A stretch of DNA of 64,000 nucleotides from positions 18,977 through 82,976 of the IMG/VR virus record IMGVR_UViG_3300037189_028117; one strand, written 5' to 3'. The notes under the pieces are model-generated. The model made no database searches. It was given only the letters and a program-made list of their open reading frames with translations, and had not been told where the DNA came from. Position 1 is the first letter of the stretch; each line of letters opens with the position of its first letter. This DNA comes from a virus. Lineage: Duplodnaviria > Heunggongvirae > Uroviricota > Caudoviricetes. The position numbers and the translations under genes are program-made. This document shows positions 18,477 to 28,418 of this stretch, in pieces.

Positions 18477-18951
18477 ACGTAAGCGTGGAAGAAAAAAGAT
18501 AAGTGAGGGTGGAAAATCTTCTCAAAGAGAAATATATTGTTCTTGCGCTGCAATTGTTAATGGAAAATTAGTTTTTGAACAAATGAAGTCTGACTTGTCA
18601 AATATTTCTTCAAATGATGAAATTGTAAAAGAGTTAACTAAAAAATTTGAATTAAAATATAATGTTACACCGCAGATATCAAACCCTTGGCTTATAAGAG
18701 TTGGTGCATTTAATAAATCTTCCTTAAGAGATAAAACTGAGGAGCCTACAGTAGATATCAATTTTGATGAAATTGAGTTTTCTACAGAGGAGCCAATTCA
18801 AGCAACTTATAAAGATTGGAAAGTTTCCGCTCAAAAAATCTTAAATGAAGAAGATTGTTACTTTATAAGCTATAAACATCACTTAACTGATCAAAATAAA
18901 ACAAAACCACAAAGTAAAATTGTTAAATTAAATAGTTTACAGTTTTCTTAA
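18460..18951 (+). CDS. hypothetical protein (163 aa)
   Basis: ORF. Confidence 0.4.
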   Translation: MEEVIKRKRGRKKISEGGKSSQREIYCSCAAIVNGKLVFEQMKSDLSNISSNDEIVKELTKKFELKYNVTPQISNPWLIRVGAFNKSSLRDKTEEPTVDINFDEIEFSTEEPIQATYKDWKVSAQKILNEEDCYFISYKHHLTDQNKTKPQSKIVKLNSLQFS

Positions 18952-18962
18952 TATTTTAACAT

Positions 18963-19313
18963 ATGAAAATGAACAAAAAACATTTAGAAAAATTCAAGAT
19001 ACATTTTAATGAATGTATATCGAAAATTGATTCTGATATCAAAAAAGAGATTGAAATCGATATTTCTGGCGATGAAGTTGATGAAGCTTCAGGGGATTCT
19101 ATTGCAAAGGTAATGAAACAGCTTTCTGAAAGAAATCTTAGAAAAAAGAAATCTATCGAGAGCGCTCTTCTAAAAATAGAAGATGGTACATTTGGGGAAT
19201 GCGAAGAATGTGGATGCCAAATTGGAGAAAAACGTTTATTAGCAATACCAGATGCAAAACATTGCATTAATTGTGCAGAAGATTTAGAACATATCGCAAA
19301 GCAATTTGCTTAA
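18963..19313 (+). CDS. DksA/TraR-family C4 zinc-finger protein
   Basis: coiled-coil N-term then 'CEECGCQIGEKRLLAIPDAKHCINCAEDLE'. Confidence 0.75.
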   Translation: MKMNKKHLEKFKIHFNECISKIDSDIKKEIEIDISGDEVDEASGDSIAKVMKQLSERNLRKKKSIESALLKIEDGTFGECEECGCQIGEKRLLAIPDAKHCINCAEDLEHIAKQFA

Positions 19314-19327
19314 GAAAGGAATAAAAT

Positions 19328-19948
19328 ATGTCTCCATATATATATGAAAAAACAAAAGACGGAGAAATGATGTATGATGTTTTTTCAAGGTTGGTGAAGG
19401 ATAGAATAGTTTTCTTGTCCGGGGAAGTTAATACAGATATAGCTACAACAATATCCGCAACTCTTCTTTGGCTAGATAATCAAGACCATGATAAAGAAAT
19501 ATCTCTTTATTTAAATTCTCCTGGAGGTCTAGTACATTCTGGTTTATTTACTATAATTGATACTATGAATTATATTAAAGCTCCAGTTAAAACTGTATGT
19601 ATAGGTGAAGCTTATAGTGCAGCCGCTTTAATTCTTTCAAATGGAACAAAGGGTAGAAGGTTAGCTTTTGAAAATTCTAATATAATGATCCATGATATAC
19701 AAGCCGGAACAATAGGTTCTTTTACAAACATGGAAAAAGATATTAAAAGATTTAAGCATACAAATGATCGCTTGATGAATATTTTATCAAAAAATACAGG
19801 AAAAACAATATCCGAAATAAAAGAACAATCGAAAGAAGATTCTTATTTTACAGCAAAAGAAGCTTTGAAATTTGGTTTAATAGATAAAATTGTAAAATCA
19901 AATTCTTCTTTTAATCCAAAAGAAATAGATGATGAATTTAATATTTAA
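19328..19948 (+). CDS. clpP: ATP-dependent Clp protease proteolytic subunit ClpP
   Basis: 'LYLNSPGGLVHSG', 'CIGEAYSAAALIL' (Ser), 'IMIHD' (His), 'NDRLMNIL' (Asp); RBS 'aaggaataaaatATG'. Confidence 0.85.
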   Translation: MSPYIYEKTKDGEMMYDVFSRLVKDRIVFLSGEVNTDIATTISATLLWLDNQDHDKEISLYLNSPGGLVHSGLFTIIDTMNYIKAPVKTVCIGEAYSAAALILSNGTKGRRLAFENSNIMIHDIQAGTIGSFTNMEKDIKRFKHTNDRLMNILSKNTGKTISEIKEQSKEDSYFTAKEALKFGLIDKIVKSNSSFNPKEIDDEFNI

Positions 19949-19954
19949 TAGATT

Positions 19955-19980
19955 AAAGGGGGTTATGCCCCTTTTTCTAT
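19955..19980 (+). terminator. intrinsic terminator after clpP
   Basis: 'aaagggg-gttatg-ccccttt' + T-run. Confidence 0.6.
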
Positions 19981-19994
19981 TTTAGGGAGGAAAA

Positions 19995-20318
19995 TTGAGT
20001 TATTTAGATTCAAAATTAATTTTAAGAGAAAATTCAAAAAAATGCTCTTTGTGCAAAGTTGGTAATTTAAAATGTATAAAGAAAAACTTTGCATTCAGTT
20101 CAGTTAAATCAAAATTAATTATCGGTGGAAAAGTTTGGTCACGTCCATTAATTAAAAAATATAAATACATTGATGATTATTCAACCAGAAGCGCTCATGG
20201 TGTGAGAAGACCACATACGAATGTTCCTGTGTATTCTATGTATTTTTACTGCTCTTCTTGTGGAAATGTTCAAAGTTATGAAACTTTAGCTTCAGATCTA
20301 AGAGTAATCGACTCATAG
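19995..20318 (+). CDS. hypothetical Cys-rich protein, TTG start with strong SD 'agggagg'
   Basis: 'CSLCKVGNLKC...YCSSCGNV' possible zinc ribbon. Confidence 0.45.
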   Translation: MSYLDSKLILRENSKKCSLCKVGNLKCIKKNFAFSSVKSKLIIGGKVWSRPLIKKYKYIDDYSTRSAHGVRRPHTNVPVYSMYFYCSSCGNVQSYETLASDLRVIDS

Positions 20319-20320
20319 TT

Positions 20321-21694
20321 TTGCATATATTCATGGATAAAAAAGCTGATTCTAAAGATCCTTTGCAACAAAACCTTAGAAATTCTAAGAAAGAATGGAA
20401 TAAAGAGATGAGTGTATTGATCGCTCAGCTTATAGCTATGAAACAAGCCATAAACGGAAGGGGTAATGCAAAAGCTGGATTACCACCTTCTGATATAAAA
20501 AATCCATTTCCAAATGAGGTAGAATCTTATTTAGATAATATCATTAGTAATTTTAATTCAGTTTATTCTGATGCAAAATCCATAATTGATCAACAAGCTC
20601 ATTATTCAGAGAATAGAAGAAAACCAATACAAGCTTTTTATAATTATAAAATAAAAAAGACCGCAAGTAATCCTTTTACCAGAATGATTTCATATCTTTG
20701 GAAATCTCCATTTTCTGATGACGTCTTTAAACAAAAAACAAGATTATTAAGTTTAACAGCCGATTTTGAAAAGACAGTTAATGAAATTGAAGTTATTTTG
20801 ACTTCCGGTAGATCTGATGCAATAGCTCAATCTTTCTATAATTATATGGGTTTTGTTAAAGGAATGAAAACAATTTTTCATCCAAGGTTAAATGACTTAA
20901 TTTCAAAACAACTTAAATTATCCGTTTTAACTAAAAATATAAAAGAAAAAGATGATGAAGATGAACCAATTACTAATTTTGAGCAAGAAGCTATAAATGA
21001 TGAAAATATAAAATATTATATTTCGGATATAAATGATTATATTGATGAAATACATTATATTATATTTGTGGCTAAAAAGTATTTAGAAGAAGGTAAAATA
21101 AATACAACAAAAGAATATTTAAATGATCTAAAATATAAAGCTACAAATTTATTAAATGAAACAAACGAATATGATTTGAATGAAAAACTTATAGAAATTG
21201 TAGAAGAATTATCCAAAGTTTTTAATTTAGAAGCTGATAAATTATCAGAATTATACTACTCTGTATCAAAATTAAATAAACAAGCTTCTTTAAAATTTGC
21301 CAGAAAGAATATCCATAGAGCTTTAAATAGGTTAAAATTAAATATTTTACCAAATGAAGAAGAAAGATCTAGATTAGATACAGCCAATTCTTTAAATAAA
21401 CTATATGGGTTATTACAAGAACTTATGGATTTATTACAATCCAAAGAATCTTCTTTACAAGATATTTTAATAAAAGTTTCAGAAATATATCTAAACATAT
21501 CAAAAACATCCACTCTTTTTAGTTATTTAGGTGATTTATTTAATTTTTCAATTAAAAAAGAAAAACTTCAACATAACAAAGTAAAACATCCAATAATTTC
21601 AGAGACTTATATTAATTTCTTAAAAAATACAGCAACAAAAGAATTTGATGGTTTAGCAGCAAATATGGTTGAAAAAATTCAGGAGTTATCGTGA
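20321..21694 (+). CDS. hypothetical protein (457 aa), coiled-coil rich
   Basis: long ORF, no recognisable catalytic motif. Confidence 0.5.
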   Translation: MHIFMDKKADSKDPLQQNLRNSKKEWNKEMSVLIAQLIAMKQAINGRGNAKAGLPPSDIKNPFPNEVESYLDNIISNFNSVYSDAKSIIDQQAHYSENRRKPIQAFYNYKIKKTASNPFTRMISYLWKSPFSDDVFKQKTRLLSLTADFEKTVNEIEVILTSGRSDAIAQSFYNYMGFVKGMKTIFHPRLNDLISKQLKLSVLTKNIKEKDDEDEPITNFEQEAINDENIKYYISDINDYIDEIHYIIFVAKKYLEEGKINTTKEYLNDLKYKATNLLNETNEYDLNEKLIEIVEELSKVFNLEADKLSELYYSVSKLNKQASLKFARKNIHRALNRLKLNILPNEEERSRLDTANSLNKLYGLLQELMDLLQSKESSLQDILIKVSEIYLNISKTSTLFSYLGDLFNFSIKKEKLQHNKVKHPIISETYINFLKNTATKEFDGLAANMVEKIQELS

Positions 21695-22080
21695 ATTATG
21701 TAATCTTAAAAGATAAAATAATAAATACGGTACCAGCAATTACTGAAGATGAGCATATGACTGGATTGATGTTTAAAGATTCTGTTCCTGATTCAATGTC
21801 ATTTTTATTTACAAAAGCTTCAATAAATAAATTTTGGATGCACAATACAAAAATACCATTAGATATATTATTTTGCAATAATAACAAAATAATCGATATA
21901 TGTAGTGGAGTTCCTTACTCCAAAGAATATATTGGTCCAAATTTATATTCAAATTTGGTGGTGGAATTGCCTAAAGGATATTGTGAAAAAAACCAAATTA
22001 GAATTGGAGATAATGTTCGGGTCAAGTTGTCAATAAGCAAGCTTGCCGATTTTTTTGAAATTAAGTTGAAGAGGGCTTGA
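21691..22080 (+). CDS. DUF192 family protein
   Basis: 'TGLMFKDS...SMSFLF...FWMHNTKIPLDILF...VVELPKGY..IRIGDNV' fits the DUF192/COG1430 pattern. Confidence 0.6.
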   Translation: MNYVILKDKIINTVPAITEDEHMTGLMFKDSVPDSMSFLFTKASINKFWMHNTKIPLDILFCNNNKIIDICSGVPYSKEYIGPNLYSNLVVELPKGYCEKNQIRIGDNVRVKLSISKLADFFEIKLKRA

Positions 22081-22152
22081 CGCACCCGAAACATTATGTT
22101 ACAGTGAAGGCATTACACCGGACGGTCGGCCAGTCTGGAGAAAGCTTATTTA

Positions 22153-23157
22153 ATGGAAGACATTTTAAAATATAAAATGAATAAAGTTTTAACAAGTTTA
22201 AAACTGAATGCAAAATGTGTTCACGCAGAACAAAATAGACACTTAGCTTTTTTTGATCTTCAATTGGATAACTCAACAAGAGTTAGAAAGATTGAAATGT
22301 TCAATAGAGAGATTAGTCTTGGTTTAAAATCAAAAACTCAACCTATTATTCAAACCCTTTCAGATAAGGGAGTGGTGAGGGTTAAAGTTGCCATGGGTGA
22401 CTCCAAGGTTCTCCCCCTAGACCACCTACTCTCCAAAAATGTGATGCCTTCTGGCATTCTACCAACCCTCCTCGGAGAGACGGACACAGGAACACCATTA
22501 TGGATGGATATGTCAAAAAATCCACATTTATTAATTGCTGGAACTACTGGGTCTGGTAAATCAACCTTACTTCATGTAATTATAGAAAATCTTATAAATA
22601 GAGATGATACATTTCTTTATTTAATTGATCCAAAACAAGGAGTTGAGTTTGGTTTATATGAAAAATATAAAAATACAAAAGTTATATGCGAGTACAATGA
22701 TGTTCTTAAAAACTTGCAAGATTTAAAGAATTTGATGGAAAAAAGATTTTTAAAACTAAAACAATTAGGATTAAAATCAATTGAAGAAAACCCTTTTGTA
22801 TTCAATAAGTACATTGTAATAATTGATGAGGTTTCGGATATTATGTTAAATGATTCTTCTAGAAAGAATCCTAACAAAAATATGTTTGAAACATTACTTG
22901 TTGCTTTGGCTCAAAAAGCAAGAGCTGCTGGTATTTACTTAGTCTGTGCAACGCAAAGACCATCAGTTGATGTATTAACTGGTTTAATCAAGGCAAACTT
23001 CCCAGCAAGAATATCATGTAAGGTTAATTCTGCTGTAGATTCAAAGGTTATTTTAGATTCTGTTGGAGCAGAATCTCTATTAGGTAGAGGTGATGCAATC
23101 TTAAGTAATGTTACAAATGGTAACATTAGATTTCAATCAGCTTTTGTTAAAAGATAA
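22153..23157 (+). CDS. FtsK/SpoIIIE-family DNA-translocase-like ATPase
   Basis: Walker A 'LLIAGTTGSGKSTLL', Walker B 'YIVIIDEVSD', signature 'LVCATQRPSVDV'. Confidence 0.75.
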   Translation: MEDILKYKMNKVLTSLKLNAKCVHAEQNRHLAFFDLQLDNSTRVRKIEMFNREISLGLKSKTQPIIQTLSDKGVVRVKVAMGDSKVLPLDHLLSKNVMPSGILPTLLGETDTGTPLWMDMSKNPHLLIAGTTGSGKSTLLHVIIENLINRDDTFLYLIDPKQGVEFGLYEKYKNTKVICEYNDVLKNLQDLKNLMEKRFLKLKQLGLKSIEENPFVFNKYIVIIDEVSDIMLNDSSRKNPNKNMFETLLVALAQKARAAGIYLVCATQRPSVDVLTGLIKANFPARISCKVNSAVDSKVILDSVGAESLLGRGDAILSNVTNGNIRFQSAFVKR

Positions 23158-23165
23158 GAGGTTAA

Positions 23166-24581
23166 ATGGATATAGATAAAATAATTAAAGATAATATAGA
23201 TAAAATAGATGAGGACTTTATAAAGTCCAATTTAATAGATTTTTTTATAGAATCAGAAATTAAATATATAAGAAAAGAAGCCAGAAATTGCTATGGTGAT
23301 AATGATGTTGGATTACAATCATTTATAGAATCATTAAAAAATGAAATATTTACATCCTGTAAAAGTTTTATATTGACAAACGAATTTTGGAAAACAAGAA
23401 GCATAATACCTTTTATAAAGAAAGTTATTTCAAGACATTCACAGAATATTTCTAAAAGAGGAGTGGCGCATAAGGTGTATCTTATTTGCCCAGCTTGTAG
23501 ATTTTATGGGAAAAAAGGAGATGATTCATTTTTAAAATCTAAAAATGGAACTTGTTATTGTGAAAAATGCAAAGAGGAAATTTCAAAAATAGAAGATGAA
23601 ATTAAATTAAATAATAACTTTAAATTAAATATAAATAAAAAATTAAGATCTGTATTTGTTGAGCATTCAAGAAAAGGATATCAATGTCCAGATTGCAAAA
23701 GTTTTATTCCAGCTTCTTCAAAACATGAAGATAATTTAGTTTGTCCTTACCCAAATTGTTTCTTTGTTGGCAAAGAAAATGATTTAAAAATAATGAATCA
23801 TCCTTTGATTAGCTTGAAAGTCTCTAATATTTCTCTTGACCAAGATGTTAGCAAAGATGGTTTTAGAAAAATAACATTAGAAAATTTTATTTCTTCTCAA
23901 GAAACGGAAGGTTTTATTCTTGATGAAATAATAGATGATAAAATTAATTTATTAAATGAAATAATAGACGCACAAATATCTTTTATCAAAAGAACAGAGG
24001 ATAAATCAACAACATTAATTAAAATTATGATGTTTGATGCCTTTAAGAAAATATTGGAAAAAGATCCGCAAGATATGATTTCTTATTTATTTTTTGGAAA
24101 AAAACAAATAGGAAACCCAATTCAAGCAAGAATATTCCAAGAATTTTCAAGAAACATTGAATCCATGTTACCTTTTGAAATAACAAAAGCTGGTAAAAAG
24201 ATTCAAATAAATGATTTGTTAGATGAAAACATTTCTTTATTTGATGGTTTAAGCGAGTTTTCGGCAGAAGTTAAAGAGAATGGTATTATACCAAATAAAA
24301 CAAAAGAAATATATATTGGAGGTAATAATTTTAAAAATTACGGGCCTTGTTTTATTGGTTATTTAAAAGATGTAATAGATGAAGAAACTGGAAATTCTCT
24401 AATGAATTTAGTGACGGATTATAGTTTTTCTAAAATAAAATCAAAAATAGCATCTGGGAAAAAAGTAAAGGTAATTCATTATAGAATACCTTCCCATTAT
24501 GAAATGGGAACTCTTGTAACATTACAAAAAACAAGAAAAAAGATTACAGAAAACATAAACAAAAAAGAGAAAAATATATGA
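23166..24581 (+). CDS. hypothetical multi-zinc-ribbon protein (471 aa)
   Basis: 'CPACRFYG...CYCEKCKEE', 'CPDCKSF...CPYPNCFF'. Confidence 0.5.
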   Translation: MDIDKIIKDNIDKIDEDFIKSNLIDFFIESEIKYIRKEARNCYGDNDVGLQSFIESLKNEIFTSCKSFILTNEFWKTRSIIPFIKKVISRHSQNISKRGVAHKVYLICPACRFYGKKGDDSFLKSKNGTCYCEKCKEEISKIEDEIKLNNNFKLNINKKLRSVFVEHSRKGYQCPDCKSFIPASSKHEDNLVCPYPNCFFVGKENDLKIMNHPLISLKVSNISLDQDVSKDGFRKITLENFISSQETEGFILDEIIDDKINLLNEIIDAQISFIKRTEDKSTTLIKIMMFDAFKKILEKDPQDMISYLFFGKKQIGNPIQARIFQEFSRNIESMLPFEITKAGKKIQINDLLDENISLFDGLSEFSAEVKENGIIPNKTKEIYIGGNNFKNYGPCFIGYLKDVIDEETGNSLMNLVTDYSFSKIKSKIASGKKVKVIHYRIPSHYEMGTLVTLQKTRKKITENINKKEKNI

Positions 24582-25378
24582 GATTATTTTTAATTAGACA
24601 CGCAGAAAGTACAGCCAACACATTAAATGATGGCCAAAAAAGAGATTTGCCAGATCATTTAGTTCCTCTAACTGATAGAGGTATAGAACAAGCAAGGGAA
24701 TGTGGTAAATTTCTAAACTCCTATTTAGAGAAAAACAAACCTAATATTAATTTAAGTTTTACTGGAAATCCACAAGTAAGCAAAGCCGTTGAAGGTGTAC
24801 TTGGTCAGATTGGTGGAATTTTAAATGATAAAAATTTAGGAAAAGGTTTTAATGAAAATTTACAATCATTAAATAAAATGAAAATTTGGACTTCCCCATA
24901 TGTTAGAGCAAGAGATACTGCTTCAATTATAAGAACAAATTGTTTTGATAAAATAAAAGAAGTGGAGGAAAATCTTTTGCTTACCGAGCAACAATTTGGT
25001 TTATTTGATAACTTATCAAATAAGCAAAGAAAAGAAATGTACCCAAATGAATGGGAACAATATAATAATATTAAGAAGTTTAATGGGGAATTTTGGGCAA
25101 GATATCCTTATGGGGAATCCATGTATGATGTGTCGATAAGGGTTGAGAAGTTTTTTTCAATCTTAAAAAGTGAGAGCTTGACATCTTACAGTGGAGATGT
25201 TATAGTGGTTTGTCATGGAAACGTTATAAAAGCGTTTGCCAATCTTTGGGCAAAAAAGAAATTCGAATATATTGATGAAGAAAAGACAACGGGAAATTGT
25301 TCTATTCGTTTATTTGAAGATAATATTGACAAAGGTTTGATTTTTGGTGGTTTTAAGTATGGAGAAAAAGTTATATAG
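24578..25378 (+). CDS. histidine phosphatase (phosphoglycerate mutase-like) family protein
   Basis: 'LIRHAESTAN' RHG-type catalytic motif, later 'VCHGNVIKAF'. Confidence 0.7.
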   Translation: MRLFLIRHAESTANTLNDGQKRDLPDHLVPLTDRGIEQARECGKFLNSYLEKNKPNINLSFTGNPQVSKAVEGVLGQIGGILNDKNLGKGFNENLQSLNKMKIWTSPYVRARDTASIIRTNCFDKIKEVEENLLLTEQQFGLFDNLSNKQRKEMYPNEWEQYNNIKKFNGEFWARYPYGESMYDVSIRVEKFFSILKSESLTSYSGDVIVVCHGNVIKAFANLWAKKKFEYIDEEKTTGNCSIRLFEDNIDKGLIFGGFKYGEKVI

Positions 25379-25679
25379 CTAACAAAACAATACCAATAAT
25401 ACCTAATATGAGCGAATATGATATCTTAAAAAGACTTAATCTTAATTTGCTTGCAATTAAAGCAAGGCCAAAAATGTATGGAATAAACACATGTTCATAA
25501 GTTCAATTGTTTATTTCTGCATTTTTAGCAGGAGCCCAATATTATTCGCCAAATGAATTTGGCCATTACTTAGCAAAAGTAACTAAAAATGGAAATACTG
25601 CAGTTGATGATTTATCATTGGATAAAACAATTGATTATGCTTTGTTTTGTATTAATAATATTACTGTAGGAGACTTAAA

Positions 25680-26069
25680 GTGAAAGAACCGCAAAAACCA
25701 ATTGAACCAAGAAAACCACAAGAGTTTTTTGAAAAAACAGAAACAGTACATACATTATATTCTAGTGATTCTTTATCAAAAGAAGATATTTTAAATATTA
25801 ATTTCACATATCTTTATTCAGAATATAATGGTTATGAAGGCTCTTACGATGTAAAATTTATAAAAGTTATCAAAGTCAAAAATAAAAATTATAAAAAAGA
25901 ATATGAAAAATATATAAAAGAAAAAAATAAATTTGATTTATTAATGATTAAATATGAAAAAGAAATGATCGAATACAACAAATATCTTGAGCAAGAAAAA
26001 GATAAATTAAACGAAGAAAAAGAAAGAAAACTTTTTCTTAAACTAAAAAAGAAATTTGAAGGAAAATAA
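25680..26069 (+). CDS. hypothetical Lys/Glu-rich protein (GTG start)
   Basis: ORF. Confidence 0.35.
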   Translation: MKEPQKPIEPRKPQEFFEKTETVHTLYSSDSLSKEDILNINFTYLYSEYNGYEGSYDVKFIKVIKVKNKNYKKEYEKYIKEKNKFDLLMIKYEKEMIEYNKYLEQEKDKLNEEKERKLFLKLKKKFEGK

Positions 26070-26081
26070 AAAGTAAAAACA

Positions 26082-26465
26082 ATGAAAAAGACTCAATTAA
26101 ATTTTATTAAAATGGCTATAACAAAATTTGCCAACGAAGTTTACGGTAACACTTTATCTGATGGCGATACAGATTTAGATATCGCTGATGAAATAGTTTC
26201 AAGATTATCCAAATATTTTGATAAATCAAAAGTACCAGAATTATCAGATTCTGATTATCAAATATATTTACAGACGAGAACTTGTGATATGGAGGATTCC
26301 TATTTCTTAGGAATAGAAGAAAACAATAATTATTCTGAAAAAGAAAGAAAATTAAAAGAGAAAGAATTAAAAAGCTTAAATACATTTATAAATAAATTTT
26401 TCCCTAAAAAGCCTGAAAGGAAAATACTTTCCGCACCAAAAGCAAAGAAAGTTTTGAAAAAATGA
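26082..26465 (+). CDS. hypothetical protein (127 aa)
   Basis: ORF, ATGA to next. Confidence 0.4.
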   Translation: MKKTQLNFIKMAITKFANEVYGNTLSDGDTDLDIADEIVSRLSKYFDKSKVPELSDSDYQIYLQTRTCDMEDSYFLGIEENNNYSEKERKLKEKELKSLNTFINKFFPKKPERKILSAPKAKKVLKK

Positions 26466-26728
26466 AATTTTCAGATTTTGTTGAAGATGGCAAAGAACAT
26501 TTTATTTTATATAAATTTGATGGAATTGGATATGATTTTTTACACTCCTATTATAAATTAAGTAATATAATCATTAAGACCGGTTCTTACATGAATATTG
26601 AAGAGGCTTATATAGATTTGCCATATAATGATGGGGAATTGAAAGATTATAAAAAAATATTCTTTAAATCAAAGAAAGAACTAATTGACGAGTTTAATAA
26701 TTTAAAAATATTAAAAGAAATTATATGA
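26462..26728 (+). CDS. hypothetical protein ending 'LKILKEII'
   Basis: shared junction/C-tail, no repeats. Confidence 0.4.
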   Translation: MKFSDFVEDGKEHFILYKFDGIGYDFLHSYYKLSNIIIKTGSYMNIEEAYIDLPYNDGELKDYKKIFFKSKKELIDEFNNLKILKEII

Positions 26729-27258
26729 AAAAGCAAAAAGTTAAAAAAATTTTATCAAAAGAGCAAGAAGAGAATATATTAAATATTCTCTCAAATAATT
26801 TTTCAAATGGAGATCATTTTGATTTCTCTTTTAATTTTAAAAATTACAATTATTCAGAAGAGTTTATAGAAAAAGCTATTCCTTATTTAGACTCGAAAAC
26901 ACTAGGAAGTATTATTACTAATGATAATTGCAAGTATATATTTTTGTTATCTGAAAATTCTATTAAAAAAATTTTAAAATACAAATATGTTTGTTTACAG
27001 TTTTCATACTATGCAAATAGAATATTTAAAAAAAGACTCTTCTCTGAAGATTTTTTGCAAAGTTATATAAACAAATTTACTCGTAAGAATAGTTATTATT
27101 TTTCAAATAATATTTCTTTAATTTCTATATATCAAAATATGTCTGAAGATTTTATTATTAAAAATATAAAAATTTTAAATGTTGAATTCTTGATAAGAAA
27201 CAAAAATATAACAAAAGATGTAAAAAATAAAATTATTTCATTAAGAGAAATTATATGA
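26725..27258 (+). CDS. degenerate repeat-family-like protein (177 aa)
   Basis: 'NMSEDFIIKNIKILNVEFLIRNKNITKDVKNKIISLREII'. Confidence 0.5.
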   Translation: MKKQKVKKILSKEQEENILNILSNNFSNGDHFDFSFNFKNYNYSEEFIEKAIPYLDSKTLGSIITNDNCKYIFLLSENSIKKILKYKYVCLQFSYYANRIFKKRLFSEDFLQSYINKFTRKNSYYFSNNISLISIYQNMSEDFIIKNIKILNVEFLIRNKNITKDVKNKIISLREII

Positions 27259-27776
27259 AAAAACATAATTTGGATTTAAAATATAATAGATATTCAGAGC
27301 AAGAATTAAAAGATAAAATTCACTTATTTGATTTAAATGATTGGGATAATGTTTCTGAGCATCAAAATCTATCTAAAATTTTTATCAGAAAACATTCAGA
27401 CAAACTTTGTTGGGGTTGCATTTCTTACTTTCAAGAATTATCAGAAAAACTTATAGAAAAATATTCGGAAAAAGTTAATTGGCATTCGATTTCTTCTGAA
27501 CAAAAATTATCAGAAGAATTTATTGAAAAATACTCAGATAAAGTTGATTGGATTAATATTTCTTATTGTCAAAAATTATCTGAAAAATTTATAGATAAAT
27601 ACTCAAATAAACTTGATTGGTATTCTATTTCTGCTAGTCAAAAATTATCAGAAGAGTTTATAAAAAAATATATAAATAAAATTAATATTGGTTTTTTAAT
27701 GGAAAACCCAAACATTTCTGAAAAATTAAAAAAGAAAATAAAAAAAGAAATTAAATTATTAAAAGAAATCATATGA
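27255..27776 (+). CDS. 23-aa-repeat family protein (5 repeats)
   Basis: canonical caps and repeats. Confidence 0.75.
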   Translation: MKKHNLDLKYNRYSEQELKDKIHLFDLNDWDNVSEHQNLSKIFIRKHSDKLCWGCISYFQELSEKLIEKYSEKVNWHSISSEQKLSEEFIEKYSDKVDWINISYCQKLSEKFIDKYSNKLDWYSISASQKLSEEFIKKYINKINIGFLMENPNISEKLKKKIKKEIKLLKEII

Positions 27777-28156
27777 AAAAACATAATTTAGATTTATTAA
27801 GTAAAATATATTCCGAAGAAGAATTGGAAGAAAACATTATGTTATTTAAAAAACTTGATTGGCATACAATTTGTTATGCGCAGGTTTTGTCTGAAAATTT
27901 TATTGAAAAATACTCTGATAAAATTTATTGGGAATTGATTTCTGAATGTCAAAATTTATCCGAAGAATTTATTGAAAAACATTCAGATAAAGTTGACTGG
28001 GATTATATTGCTATAGAGCAAGTTTTATCAGAAAAATTTATAAGAAAACATATAGATAAAATTGATATTAATTATTTAATGGAAAACTATCATATAGATG
28101 AGAATGTAAAATCTAAAATTAAATTAGAAGTCGATTTATTAAAAGAAATTATATAA
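27773..28156 (+). CDS. 23-aa-repeat family protein (3 repeats)
   Basis: canonical caps, 'VDLLKEII'. Confidence 0.7.
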   Translation: MKKHNLDLLSKIYSEEELEENIMLFKKLDWHTICYAQVLSENFIEKYSDKIYWELISECQNLSEEFIEKHSDKVDWDYIAIEQVLSEKFIRKHIDKIDINYLMENYHIDENVKSKIKLEVDLLKEII

Positions 28157-28418
28157 ATAAAAACAATTATAAAAAGATTAAAATTAATAACGGTAAAGAA
28201 TATTATATTCTTTTTTCTAAAAGAAAAAAAGATCCAATTTTAAGCGTGCGGCCAATAATAAAATATTTCCCAGAAATAGAGTTTGAATATGAATGTGATA
28301 TAAAAACTCTTATGAGTGAAATTTTCGATTTTGATTATTCTTATTATTTGGAAGATATTTCAAATGAAGAATATGAATTAATATTGTTAAAAAAATTATA
28401 AATTAAGAAAGACAAAAA

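Noticed and set aside
22033-22060. Terminator-like 'gcaagcttgc cgattttttt' inside the DUF192 gene 3' end
   Set aside because: The palindrome has no loop (cannot form a stable hairpin) and lies within coding sequence.
28159-28415. ~85-codon open frame between repeat cluster and NTase gene
   Set aside because: No ATG or canonical start until the last 29 codons; possibly a short GTG-initiated peptide but insufficient evidence.
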